The position numbers and the translations under genes are program-made. From contig NC_092672.1 of the NCBI RefSeq assembly GCF_964355755.1, forward strand, positions 3,162,001-3,226,000: 64,000 nt of DNA. The letters are read 5' to 3'. This document shows positions 50,401 to 63,757 of this stretch, in pieces. The notes under the pieces are model-generated. The model did no database searches. It was not told where the DNA came from and worked only from the letters and a program-made list of their open reading frames with translations. The first letter of the stretch is position 1. Every line of letters starts with the position of its first letter. Source of the DNA: Antedon mediterranea (Eukaryota; Animalia; Echinodermata).

Positions 50401-53400
50401 AATACAGTAATATCCGCAAAAGTAATAATACCGTTCAAAATATACACTACATGAACAAAGACAGATCTTTAATTTCCATAAGAAAAAAAATATTGACATA
50501 TCAAGAGGCTTCTTAGAACATACTTGTTTAATAATGCATTTTATTACCATTTTTTCTCCGCTTCCATGCCACCTAGATTGTTTCAGATCTAGTTTATATA
50601 GAGCCTAAGTCTGTGATGACCGAGACACATCTGGTGCTCACCGGGGTTCATTTAGACCCTGGTTAGCGACAAGGGTGTATCCCCTTACTTCGCTTTGGGT
50701 TTGTTTTTTGACTTGGTTGGACTCCCTTTAATCATATTAGTTTATGTTCAGCACTTAGAGGTTTCACAATATTAAGCACTATATAACTCCAGGATATTGT
50801 TGTTGTTATTATTATTATATCTGACATAATATGACATAACATATCCACGACCTAGCGACCAGTAACCACATATATCTTAAACACCAAGCTACACATCTGA
50901 AGCTAAGTTAAGGTAAAAAAGTCTTTGGCAGAGTACTGAATCACATTTTTTTCTTTTAAAGGTGCTACAATGAGGCCAGCTTACCACTTGTGTATCATCA
51001 GGTATTAGAAGCCACTTGGAACGGTACTGAAGTACAGACAGACAAGCTTCGGCCAATTCTGATGTGTTCCAACTTGGACAATATGACGTTAGGCCACATA
51101 TGGTCCCTTGTTAACAACACTAAGCCAGGCCAGTTAACAAAACAAGAGATATATACGGCGCTAGCACTGATTGCACTTGCTCAGGTTTATATACATTTTT
51201 TTTTTCATTTCCAATCCTGTGAATTTGAAGTAAGAGTGACGTAATATTTGAATAGAATTACCTATTACCTTCAAAATTCCAGGCTTAATGCTATGCGTTT
51301 TACATATACAGTATATTCAATATTTAGTTTTCATATTGGACAGTTACTAACTCGTGGAGCTGTAGCTCGGTGGTTACGTGCTTGCCTTCCAGTCCCAAGG
51401 TCTAGTTCAATCCTGACCTAGTGTCGCGTCTCTTTCAACTCCACTCCCTAAGTCTCAAATTTATAAGCACGATAAATAATAAAATAGTTTATCCATCCTG
51501 TAATTGGCGAGTTTGTGCCATCGCTGTTGGATGAAATTGAATTGAAAATTTTAAAAATGTAATTATTATTATTTTTATTACTATGCAGAATAGAGTAACA
51601 CCACTTACTATTGAGATGCTGAACAACTTCAGAGAAGCTCCTGTACCCCAGTTGGTTCCAAAACAAAATGCATCGGAGAACAGTAAGCAAAGACTGTCTG
51701 CGAACGTAGTAAAAGATACTAATGATGATTTCACTCCATTTCAAGAAGCTCCTAAACAAGTTCAAGGCAAGTTACTCAAAGATGTACATACATATATGTA
51801 CAGTCTACTCTCCCAATACCGGACACCTCTGGGCTGGCCCAATACAGTATGTCTGGTATTCAGAATGTGTTTTTAATAGTAAAAACAAATTGGACTTTTG
51901 GGCCTCAAGAAAAGTCTGGTTTTGGGAGAGTTTTCAGTTTACTGTATATACTAAGAATGATAAATTTTAATTTTAATTATTTAATAATAATAATAATTTA
52001 ATAATTTTAATAATTTTAATTCTATCTTTGATTGAATTAAAGTAGACTAAAAAAAGAAAGTAGAAAAATGAGGAAATCTGTGAGAATGAGAAAAAGTCCC
52101 CCCAACTGAGCTCCAACCCCTTCGTTTCAAATTAATTAATACATTTTCAGTATATCACCAGACAATTTAGAATTTGTTCTGTGCCTGTAGTGTTTATATT
52201 TATTCAATATTTACAGCATCCACGCATCCTAACCTCTCCCAACCAATGCAGTTTCCATCTTTTGAAAATCAAAATGTGATGATGCCAACATCATCATCAT
52301 CAAACATTGTTCCTCATCCTCCAGCAAGCACGACAAACGATGTGCTAAGTGATGACCTTGAGATGGTGTCATATTTTGATCAAGGTATGGTATTTTAAAA
52401 ATTGTTTTCTGAAATGATGTTTGTGTATGTCCGCTCCTGTTCTAAAGCTCTGTCTACACTATCAAAACCAGTGTGATGTGACCAAATATGGTAGTGATAT
52501 GTCCAAATATGGTAGGCTCGATATGACATCATGCCCATATATGGGCATATCACATAAAGGTTGATAGTGTAAACAGAGCTTAACTATTATGTATTCCTCT
52601 AGTTAAAGACCTCTTATGGGGCATACAGTGTAGTTAACAAATTGTATTCTCTGAGTAGACTCCAAAGGTGAGCTTATACTATCAATACTGATTAAAAATT
52701 AAATGTATTGATGATGTTGGTACAAAAATATGGTATTATAAACAGGCTTTAAATACAAAACATTCATTATTTTTTTACATAACACTTCTGTCAAGTATCG
52801 AATCATAAACTCATTACAAAATGTACAGCTCTAAATTTGGCTGTTATAGAAGGTCGATTTTCTGACCATTTTTACATCAACAAAATATGAGCATGCAATA
52901 GTACTGTATCTTCTACTATCATTAAATGGGACAAAATAATGCACACAAATGAACCAATCAAATGGGAAGTGTGTTTTAAGAAAGTTTTTATGTAAGAGTG
53001 TTGATGTTGCAATATAATCTAAAGTTCTGTCTACACTATCAAACTTTATGTGACAAAAAAAATGTGATTTGCCCATATATGGACATGATGATCAGACTTG
53101 AGCACATCACATTTTGTTGTCAAACTAGTTTGATAGTGTAGACTTAATATCTTCCATATTGTAAATAATGTATTTTTATATAATAACTGCAACAATTAAT
53201 CAGGGATGAAATCATACAACTTCCTTGAGTCTAAATCGTGTAACTCGAGTTGTCACAGCTCCCCAATAACTTCAAGTCATGACACAGCCCTTGACAAACT
53301 TTGGAAACCTGCTTGCGGAGAATCATCTAGCCCATCAACAGGTTTGTGTTGGATGATATGTAGCCCAAATTGATGTGAAGTTGTTTTTTTTTAACCCTAT

Positions 53401-56400
53401 AGCTCATACCACTTGATCTTTAGAATGTCACTTTAGTACTAACATTTTTGTAGAAGAATACCGTACTTGATTCATTTATTCACACCTTTATGAATCGATT
53501 TCTGTTCGTTTGTTCCTTACCACCACCATCTACAGTACAATGCCAACACCAAATTGCATGTAAAAATGTCGTCCATACAAAGCATATTGCATAGTAAAAA
53601 ATGTTTGTTATCCTAGAAGTTTGGTTTACATTGTTGTCATTTATTATTGAATGAATACAATATTTTCCATTAAATTTAAATTTTAAAAGTTCATTCATCT
53701 AATATGTATTGCTATCATTTTCATGTTTTTAATGTGTGAAATATGAGCAAAAGGTATCTAATAAATAGATTTTAAAATTAAATTTAAAACTGTATTTAAA
53801 ATCTTATCTTTGTTATTACTCCCACAAGTACCAAGCTCTCAAGCGTGGTTCTCACTAGCGACGCAACACAAGGACGTAACGCAACGCAAGTGAATTGACC
53901 AATCACAAGCGATGGCTTATTCGCTTGTGATTACTAACTGTCTATAACTTCGCTTGTAATTGGTTAAAACGCTTGCGTTGCGTTTACGTCCTTGCGTTAC
54001 GTTCTAGTGGGTTTTTTTAAAAGGAATGTTTGTATTCCAAGTTATAACCTCTCGTTTCCACTGCCTGAACACATGCACTTAAATTTATCTGCAACACATT
54101 TGAAACACACATAAACAATGCACAATCACCCGCAAAAGAGAAAGATTTGTTGAATTAAATTTTACACAATATTTGTTATATCCTTGTCTCTCACCAAATT
54201 TTTTCCTAGATCAAATATATAATTTTATCCTCAAAATTAATTTAAATTGTTTAATAATTAACTTTGAGTAAATTAAAATTAAATTGTTATTCTCAACAGA
54301 CGAAGATTTTACAGAATTCCAATCGGGCTCAGGTTCCTTGTCTCTTGAAGATCGGAAAAATGACTTTGATGATTTCAGTGAGATTTCTTCAAAAAAAGAA
54401 AGTAACATGGTTTCTTCAAGCTACGATAACAAACTTCCAACTGTGAAACCCACTGGAAAATCCCCTGGGAAATCCACTAGAAAATCTAATACCAAGCCAA
54501 ACTTCAACATAAATTTTGATGCATATAAAAAAAATGATAAGAAAGGAACAAAGAAAATGCCATCTTCTGCATCAGTGCCAAAGTTAACCAAACTGGGAGA
54601 AGTCTTGCCAATTTCGGGATCTCAAAACCAGAAGGAAAAGAAAGAGGATTTTGCTGAATTTCAAGCGTTCTCTTCTGCCAATAATGTTACCAATTCCATC
54701 CAATCATCAAAGAAGTCAGAGAGTGTCAATGACTTTGGTAATTTCCAGCAGAGTAGTGGTTTTGCAGATTTCCAAAGCGTGAAGCACTCAGCATCAGACA
54801 CTAATCTCATGGCTCTTGGCGACGTCGATAAATATTCAGCTTTGAGAACCATCATGGCAGATTCTTCAGATAAGAACAACTCTGAAGAACTCTTACAAAC
54901 TAACTTTGATAGTGTGTCTCAAGCAAGCTCATCTGGTGTTCCTGGAAGTAGTGGAGGACAACCACCTATGTTGAATTTATTTGGAGATGAATCTCAACCC
55001 GCTTCTGACAACCAAAATGACGATGATGGATTCGCAGACTTTCAACATTTTCCTACTACGAATTCATCTTCCGATGTTTTTGCGAACTTCCAAACAGCGC
55101 CGTCGAACATTGACAAATCTGATGTATTTCCAGCATTTCAGAATAACCCTGGAATTCCAACCAATGTTGATAATTTTGGAGAATTCAAATCTTCTACAGC
55201 ACCTAGTGAACTTAATAAAGTAGACAATGTCCAAAATACAGCTTCAATACCTGATGATGACTTTGCTAATTTCCAGTCTGCCCCAGCAGACATTAATTCT
55301 AAAAAGACCGAAAATAAATATGATGTATTTAAAAGCTTTCAAGCGGACACGCCCTCACTCTTCAAGAACTCTGAAGACACTATTCCATCTACTAATGACG
55401 ATCAGTCAAATATAAATTTTAATTCGTTCAAGTCTGTTAATCCAATATCATCAGAACAGTCTAGCAATGGTTTTAAAAACAAGATGAATACTGGCGTAGA
55501 AGACGACGAAGATGATTTTGGTGACTTTACGTTTAATGAACCACCTCCCTTGGACGATCATAACTTTGGCGGTACGTCTGTTGAAGACGATCACTTCGGC
55601 GGTTTTGAAAGCAGTGTCGCGGATTACTATGGCGTTGAATTTGATTCCATTGATGACTTGCCAAAATCAACCAACCAACAAACCAAAAATACAAACTATT
55701 TTGGAACTTATCATGCAGATAAAAGCAAGAAAAGTCTGGGGAAATTAGAGTCAATCGCAAATCTTGACCTGAAGTCTTTTGATCTTGATTTGAATCTGGG
55801 TGGAAAGACCAGTGAGGAGGCAAAGGTACAGGATGATTCATTTGGGGAATTTAGCAGTGTACCACCAGATAACAATCAAGGTATGTAATTGCTGTACCAG
55901 TTATAATCCTGCCCTGGGGTTGATAATAAAAGCTCCATTTTTGGTGGGTGGGTTTTGTGGTTTGAGGTTAAAGGTCAATCAAATACTTTTATATATTGAT
56001 ATTGGTACGGTAATTGAGCTTTTGTTTCAGGACGGTAGAAAAGGAAGATTGTAATTTAACAGACTGACGAGTGGAACATGTAGTCCATTGAAAAACATGG
56101 TCTGTTAAATTATCACCTAATTCGTCTACCGTCTCAAAACAATTGATTCTTGGGTTTACTGTGTCATTCTGACCATATGTTGAGTGCTTATCAAAATGTT
56201 GATACTGTACTTCAAACTGTGTATGCATTTCATTAGACTTCTGCAATGAAAGGCTAGAGTGTAACCATCATTTTCAGCATTTTTAACCTGAATTTTAAAT
56301 AACTGAAAATATTATTTTATGAGTAATGACTATTCTGGTACATATTTTGAATGATATTACACAGCTTTAACATCTACTGTAACGCATAGTCAAGATGCAG

Positions 56401-58276
56401 TTAGCCAGATGGTTGGAAGCACACCTGCCTTTGGTGGAGATCGCTATGCCATGCTTGCTGGTGATATACAGGTAAGTTAATCAGGAATCTAGATTGAATT
56501 CCTTGGTTCAAGTTAGGATTTTTTTCTCATAACCCAAGAACTTCACTCTTACAATACTTACAGTTTTTAATAGGACTTTGTTTATGTACTGTATAACATC
56601 TATTGTGGATATTTACCTTGTGAATAAATTCTGGACAGGGAAGTTGCTACTGTACAGCTGTATTGATTCTTGGCAATGTGCCAGACTAAGAAAATAAATG
56701 TACTCATGTATTTAATTGTTGTATATGATTATGCAGGATGATACTCGCCATGCAGTGTTATGGAAACGTTGTTTAACGAGTTGCCTGAAGGTAATCCAAC
56801 AAGCCAATGACACGCTGAATAACATCAGCAGCTCCTCTGTTTGTAATGAAGTCATCAAGTCAGTAGATGGCGCAGAATATCTCAAAGGTAATTCCTTTTG
56901 TTCATTCTCTTAAGTTTTTTCTTCCTTTATTTCTTGGACTAGATAAAATAGTAGGTGAGGTATCATCTACAGTATTTTGACTGTTGGGTTGGAATTTCAA
57001 ATTCAATGATTGTATTGTATTATATGATCAGTGGCTGTGATGTACTAGTACACTAGGTTAACCCTCTACTCATCTCGAAAGATGTACTAGGTTCTTTAAA
57101 GTGCATATGAACTAGATGTAGAAGCAAGCCATTTTTGTTTCTTACTCTCGCTCTCACCCGGACACAAGCTAGTATGAATAGTGAATAATTTAGTTTCATA
57201 TAACTGCAGTACAATTTGGTATATTTTATTATTCATTTGACAGGTGTCATTGAAATATATCGTGTAGCTTGTCGCGTATCCACTTCTGTAGAAGCAGCGG
57301 GTGTTGGAACAGAAGAGCTAAACCTAATGCGCAAGAATATAGAGTTGGTTTGGAATAATCTATCTGCTTTCTTGGCTAGTGCTAGCATTCTGGTTAGTAG
57401 AACATACTGTATTGTTTCATTTTATTATGTTGTCATTTTTTTACTGTGGCCACACTGTCAACCAAGCCAATAAAAGAACAATAAATTAGACACATATTCA
57501 ACCATTTCATCAGTGGTGTAACGCATAAGGCAATGAGTCCTGGTTTAACACTCCTAAGGGGCCCTTCATCGCTGCGTATTTGCATTAGAGTTACTCATTT
57601 ATGCTCTGTGACCCCTTAAGCTTGGTTCCCACTTGGAATGACATAATAACCTCAGAAGTTAAGGTCACGCTATAGAGGGCGTTCATAGAGAGAACCTCGT
57701 GGGTTGAAGAGGTGAGATACATCATGGCGATGTAAGGTGTATAATAACCCAATAAAGGAGTACGTTTAAAGAGCTAGATGTCAAGATTGTTTATTGACTA
57801 CTGTTATACTACCACTAATTACAATCAAAGGTTACAATAACACAACGTAAGTGATTTGACCAATCACAAGCAATGGATTATTCAAACAGGGGCTTGTTAT
57901 TGGTAAACTCGCTTACGTTGCTCTGGGGCCCTGGATTTATCTAGTGAGCTTTCTCATAGCCGTTGCGCCACTGCATACCATTATAGTCATTTCCTAATCT
58001 GTATCTGATAATATTGGTAATATTTCTTTCTTACAGCCTGAAGACAAATCATTCCTCTTCAAAACGGCATTATTACATCCTGAACCTAGTAACATTAACA
58101 TGGCGTGTGGTGTCTGTTTACTAAATGTTGACGCTAAAGTTAAATCACTGGATTGTTCTGAAGACAGTCATAAACTGATGTATGGCGGACGTCAGTATCA
58201 CACAACATGTGCCAATCTCTGGGTGAACTTAGTGGATTCCATTCTGCCAGCTCTACCATTTAACCAGCTCCTATAG
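44474..58276 (+). CDS. SYNRG: Synergin gamma (AP-1 gamma-adaptin binding, EH domain)
   Basis: Exons ~44474-44490, 45928-45950, 46129-46291, 46680-46768, 46918-47102, 47483-47926, 48449-48882, 49718-50014, 50962-51184 (EH: LRPILMCSNLDNMTLGHIWSLVNNTKPGQLTKQEIYTALALIALAQ), 51589-51766, 52217-52384, (53204-53341), 54300-55880 (many DDFxxF gamma-ear motifs, DKYSALR), 56365-56471, 56737-56887 (WKRCL..ANDTLNNISSSSVCNEVI), 57244-57392, 58037-58276 (ACGVCLLNVD..YGGRQYHTTCANLWVN). Confidence 0.93.
44897..45414. mobile_element. Kolobok-like non-autonomous element
   Basis: TIR AGATGCATTGTCCC / GGGACAATACATCT flanked by CTAA and TTAA. Confidence 0.65.
45499..45813. mobile_element. MITE with ~52-bp TIR and TAA target duplication
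   Basis: TGCACTTGTCAATTGTATGACTCACTATACGACCCCCGGGAGAGGTGCGTCA ... near-perfect inverse ending GACAAGTGCA; TAA on both sides. Confidence 0.85.
50592..50819 (+). mobile_element. SINE-like repeat family 4 with (TTA)n tail
   Basis: Related minus-strand copy at ~38109-38372, split by a family A MITE; shared GATGACCGAG..CTGGTGCT..GGGTTCA head and CTTAGAGGTTTCACAA...CCAGGATATT(ATT)n tail. Confidence 0.6.
51356..51545 (+). mobile_element. tRNA-derived SINE family 3
   Basis: GGAGCTGTAGCTCGGTGGTTA..GCCTTCCA..GTTCAATCC head; second copy ~62904-63050 shares CTTTCAACTCCACTC..ATAGTTTATCCATCCTGTA. Confidence 0.7.
57510..57973. mobile_element. Old hAT-like MITE carrying nested insertions
   Basis: TIR CAGTGGTGTAACG / CGTTGCGCCACTG, degenerate 8-bp TSD CATTTCAT/CATACCAT; a family B MITE lies inside and is itself interrupted. 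Confidence 0.5.
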
Positions 58277-59319
58277 AGATCATTTCTTAGTGTTGAGGCT
58301 AAATCACTGCATCATGTAGAAACATCTGGGTGGACTAACTCAATACCAGTTTTAACAATTTAACAATACAAGAATTTTAATATTTGATACAGTATATATA
58401 AGATTAAATTGAAATACATATTTCTTGAAAATAATTATGTTAGAAATAAACAAAAACAAATGCACAATGATTTACCAATAACGTGTTATATACCAGTAAT
58501 TTGTATAAATACAGTATATATTGTGAACTGTATATATATATATAGGGAGATCATTTAATATATCAATTATTTGTTTGTATTTAATGTGCTTGTTTAATAA
58601 TGCATATTGAACGTGCTTGCTTATCAATACCACGATTCTGGGTTTTAAATCAAGTCCCATTTCACTTTGAAAATGTTTTCTGGTGGTTAGGGCTTCCGTT
58701 TAACAACACAGTGATTTAATGACGTCAAAAATTGTTTTCTGGAAATAAAATCAACTTTTGCCAAACTTAAATGCTGATGATGCTTTTGCGGTGCTGCTGA
58801 ATTTAGACTGTATAAAGTATGGCTGTATATAATATATAAAGTATTATTATTTATTCGTGCAATGTACTGTAGGCTTAATACAATGTTTAAATAAACCTAG
58901 GTGAAGCAACTGTTCTCCATGATTGACCTATTTTTCAATTTCAAATTAAAGAACACTTCTTATTATGTGGCGTAAAAAATATTTTTATTCAATATTATTT
59001 CGCCTTGTGGAGACACGTAGTGAGAGACGTTAATTATGTTTGTGACATTGTCTGTGCTGATTTCCAACAACAGAAAAGGAAAATAAATACAATGTTTAAG
59101 ACAACAAAATGTGTATTTTAAACAATTTTTTGATCAAGTACTTTTAAAATACTTACTCAAAAAATGATGCGCGCGCACGTGTGACGTAATTAGATAGGTC
59201 GAAACGACCAAATGCAAACAAGCAACAAAACAACTTGAAAGCTGACAATTCAATTCTAAAACTCAAAGAAGGAAGTGATCCAAACAGTCAGGCGTGCTGA
59301 AGTCTGCTGAATTTTGAGT

Positions 59320-60374
59320 ATGGCTTATCGTCACAAAGATAGATATACATGCAAACATTGTCTACAAAACTTTTCAGCAAAAACGAATGTTTACCGGCAC
59401 ATAAGGAATGTTCACTCTGAAGTACACAATAAAGGTAAAGGTATATAGATATATTATAGTCAGGCCTATCTAGCTAGCTCTCCTCTGGAGTCGTGAACGA
59501 AGAACTGCCGAGCGGCGGGGAACACAGAGCTGCCGCGCGAGTGTGATATATTTGTATCTGTATTGTAGGCCTAGGATTTATTTTTCGGCTGCGAATATAT
59601 CACCTATATGACGATAATATTGTTTCATAATTCAGAGTTTCAAAATACAAATTATTTTTTTTTAAATGTGGTAATTAACTTATTTTTAACTTAAGTTAAA
59701 TAATATAATAATATTTTAATAAATAATAATAATATTATTAATATAGAAAGAAAATAGACATGGAGGGTTGTTGTACCTCCAGAAATTGGGTTGGGTCATG
59801 GAGCATGGAATTTGGAGATTTCAACTATTTAATTTGATTTGCTATAGAATTAATTAAAAAGATAAAAAGTTAAATTATTCGATTTTTCTTTGTAGAATCA
59901 AACAAGATCGAGTGTGTAAAATGCGAGTATCGTGGACGTCGTCTGGATCAACTACTGGAACACGTCAAAGAAGTACATCACGTGAAACTAGACATCGTTA
60001 AATTAGAATTTGATAACAATCTGGACTTTTTATTTTGGAAAGGAGAACAAGAGAAAATAACAATGTCGGTCTATGCACAGAAAACATCAGCAAAAACAAT
60101 TGGCGAAAATAAATATTTTTACTATTACTGCAATAAAAGTGGTTATATTGCTGTACATGAAGGACATAGAAAAAAGCCGAGAGTCAGTGCAAAGGCTAAA
60201 ACAAAAGCGTACTGTATTGCGTATATAAAGGCTATAGTTGAAGGTGATGGAAAGGTGAAGGTGGAATTCTGTCAAACACATTTTGGTCACGATGAAGTAT
60301 GCTCTAAGAAAATCAATGAAAAGAAAAAAGAACACTTAGATAAGTCATCAATAAAGAGTACAAAATCCAAATAA
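59320..60374 (+). CDS. Small zinc-finger protein: two C2H2 fingers plus Mutator(MULE)-type WRKY/GCM1-like DNA-binding domain, ~197 aa
   Basis: Exons 59320-59434 (YTCKHCLQNFSAKTNVYRHIRNVH) and 59896-60374 (CVKCEY..LLEHVKEVH; FLFWKGEQE..YYYCNKSG..KTKAYCIAYIKA..VKVEFCQTHFGH); phase-1 join gives an open frame. Confidence 0.75.
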
Positions 60375-61140
60375 GTTTAGATAAAAGATTTCCATAAATA
60401 TATCATTCATTAATACAAAAAGAAAAGGGAATAAAATGTTGTTAAATAAAAGAAATTATTTCACTATAGTCATTTATTAAATACAGTATTTAAAAAGTTT
60501 GCACTGTTTATTTGTAAAGAAAAAGGGATCGTGTCATTCCTTTTCTGCAATTACATGTATGAGACAATCGCATACAAGAATAAACAACAATGTTTCTGAT
60601 TTGGCAAAAATTGCATAAATAGGTACCAAATTTAGTTACAGCAGAAATTGCAGTAGAATTGTTGGCATGATCACTGTAAGGGAAATCTACTATAGAAAAA
60701 ATTTCATGATGCAGGAACAAATAAAATGTTTGGGTTTACATTTTGTACCCCTCCAACTTCATAATTATATCGCCAAAAAACAACCTAGCGACACCTGAAA
60801 TACGTCCGTTCGTAAATTCCCACTGTATTTGTACAATGTCACTTCTGGATCCTCATACTTATATTTTTCCTAATGACGTCATAACATCTACTATTACACG
60901 TCCCCTCTGGGCTACTGTATTTCATCACTGCGTGCATTGTGGGTAATTTTGAACGTGTGGGAACGGAAGAAATTTACGACATATTTTGGAGTTGTTTTCC
61001 ATTACTTTTTGACGTAGTTGTTTTACTAATATAGTAAAATTGCCGGTTGGAGGTTTGTCTGTTTAGTTTCATTGTGTAGGGTTATTTCTAAAATGTATGA
61101 ATGAAGAATCGTCAGAGAAATTCCACTCTAGGAGAGTGGT

Positions 61141-61150
61141 CGCCATCTTG
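61141..61150 (+). promoter_or_regulatory. YY1-like motif CGCCATCTTG in the likely LIS1 promoter/5' UTR region
   Basis: Matches the YY1 consensus CGCCATNTT in a relatively GC-rich patch ~1 kb upstream of the LIS1 ATG. Confidence 0.3.
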
Positions 61151-62187
61151 CTGTCTGAAAAAGTGGGAGTGATCGCTACGGATTTTCCTCCTCTTGTCTC
61201 TCTCTGGCCCTTTTTAGGCTGCAGACATCCGAATGTCATGCAATATGTTACTAGAAATCTAGCATATTTAATCAGAATTTAAATAGTGCTCGATGATTGT
61301 GAAAACTGTAATTTATGTTTTTAGGTTATACTTCTTCAAACCCATTTACAAAGAAGGAAGAATTTGTTTTTGTTCATTTTAAGAATCATTATTGATTGTG
61401 TTAACCAGGCTGGAGGTGTAGGCCTAGCTAGAGGGCTAGGCTGGGCCTGGTTCCTAACTTTTATCTAGGCCAACTTGTAGAATTTGTTGTCAAAATACTT
61501 CATCAGAAGGAGGAAGTTATACAACACTCAAACATTTAATTTCATGTCTGAAAATCATTAAAAACAAAAACATGATACAGCAGACAAGGAGTTGAGATTA
61601 AATATTTGATGGAAAATGTTTTTAAAGATTTTTAACTTGATATAATAATTTCTATCTAGAAATTTGCAGAGTTTGGACTAATGTATTGAATAAAGCACAT
61701 TCAAAATACAAGAATATCAAAAATTATTTATCTAAAATAATAAACTGATAAAAAGTAAATAGGCCTAGCCTACTATAGATAAATGACCACCCCTATAAAT
61801 TATGGGGTGGATATTTAGCCCTAAATTAAAATTTAGAACTAAATTAAAATTTAGAAGTCAGTATACTTGAGCCTTGAATTGTGTTAACATTGCAAATTAT
61901 TATTCCTAGATCCTAAATATTAAAGAATAAAAAGAAAAGCCAGACAGGAAATCCTATATACTTAGATTACTGCTCCCTCCCATCCTTTCGCTAACAATCA
62001 CTAAATGTCATTTTATTTCTTTTACAGAATGAAAACTGGTTGAAACTAAATTTACTATTTCATGCACATTTAAAAGACTTATAAATTTCACTGCTAATCA
62101 GCAATAGTTATCAAGGAATTTTAAACATTGTATTATGGACTTTTGATGTATAAATATTTCGGCATCAAATAGAGACAATCAACCAAA

Positions 62188-63757
62188 ATGGTTTTATCAC
62201 AAAGACAAAGAGAAGAATTGTAAGTATTGCATTACCGTATTACTCTCGTAAATTTGCATAATGTATGCAAATTAGGTAAGTAAAGCAAACTGTGAAGTTA
62301 TGACCTACAGCCAACATTTGTTTGCCAACTGTACTTTGAACATCCAAAACATTATAAACTTAAAATTTAAAAGGATGCATATTTTATGTTTTTATAGAAA
62401 TAAATCAATTGCAGACTATTTACGGTCTAATGGCTATGAACAGGCACTAAATGAATTTATTAAAGAAACTGATATGGTAAGTACAATCATTGTGTTTAAA
62501 TATTAATGTAAATCTAATTTCAAAATTTAATTGGAATCATTTTTCAATGTTCACACAGAAACAACAGGAAATTTAAGGACTCTATCAAACTAGTTTGTGT
62601 GATGTCCCCAAATTTGCTAGTGATATCCAAATACGGTAATGATATACGCAAATCTGGAAGTGATATAACATCATCATGTCCGTAATGTTGTCACATTAAG
62701 TTTGATAGTGTAGACAGAGCTTAACTGAAAAAAATGTCCAGGCCTGTAAAGTCGTAGGAAACTTGAAGTCACGAAATGTATTAGAATAAAGACATTTTGT
62801 ACAAAATGACATGTAAAAACGTTCAAAATTCATGGAATTTAAACTAACAGTAGAAAGCTTGTTGAAACTCCAGTATGGAATTAATGAATCTTATTAAATA
62901 AAATGGAGTGTAGCTTGGTAGTTAACAAGCGTGCCTTCCAATCCTAAGGTCCAGGTGCCAGGGTTGTACAGTAACTCAAAATACTTTCAACTCCACTCGC
63001 TAAGCCTCAAATGAGACAATAAATTAAAGAATAGTTTATCCATCCTGTAGACTAAAAATTGATCATTTTCGACAATGTTTTCAAAATGTTTGCTTTATTG
63101 CATCTTTATCCCTAGTAGTACTTCCCCATAGTCTCTCTGGAAATAAAGTTTGGGGAAAAAGCTTATTTTATGCTTATAAAATGCATATCAAAGCTGATAA
63201 ATTTAAGTGTGCCGAATCGTCTCAGGGCCGAATCATCCCGGGCCGAATAGTTCCGGGCCGAATCGTCCCAGGGCCGAATCGTCCCGGGCCGAATCGTCCC
63301 GGGCCGAATCGTCTCGGGGCCGAATCGTCCCGTTACCATTGGCGAGATACTTGCTGTTGGATGTGTATGAAATTGAAAAAAAATGTTTAAATGCGGTTCC
63401 CTTACTGTAAAATGACAGACTCTTATTAAATACAGTCATCGAATAATACTCAACATGACAATTGTTTTGTGTTTATAGCCTGGTGAGATAGAGAAGAAAT
63501 ATGTAGGTCTACTAGAAAAGAAGTGGACTTCGGTGATCCGTTTACAGAAAAAAGTCATGGACTTAGAATCTAAATTAAATGAAGCAGAAAGAGAATTCCA
63601 AAGTGGTCCTACACGTGATAAGCGCATTCCATCAGAATGGATACCAAGGCCTCCTGCAAAGTATTGTTTAAGCGGGCACCGAAGCCCCATCACAAAAGTT
63701 ATATTCCATCCAGTCTATAGTTTAATAGTATCCTCATCAGAGGATGCCTCAATTAAG
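62188..63757 (+). CDS. PAFAH1B1: Lissencephaly-1 homolog (LisH, coiled coil, WD40), 5' part only
   Basis: Exons 62188-62219 ([11 protein letters not shown]), 62398-62476 ([13 protein letters not shown]), 63479-63757 ([55 protein letters not shown]); continues beyond the window. Confidence 0.97.
63211..63331. repeat. 15-bp GC-rich tandem array (8 units) in LIS1 intron
   Basis: Unit GGGCCGAATCGTCCC, followed by GTTACCA. Confidence 0.9.

Noticed and set aside
51356-51425. Possible tRNA gene (also the heads at ~11549 and 62904)
   Set aside because: No complete cloverleaf; followed by a shared body found in other copies, so these are SINE heads.
54661-55841. Overlapping antisense and alternate-frame ORFs (also 22565-23545, 30951-31343)
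   Set aside because: Shadows of real coding exons with no independent splice or domain support.
63181-63439. ORFs with PGPNR/AESSR repeats
   Set aside because: Read-through of a 15-bp repeat in a LIS1 intron.
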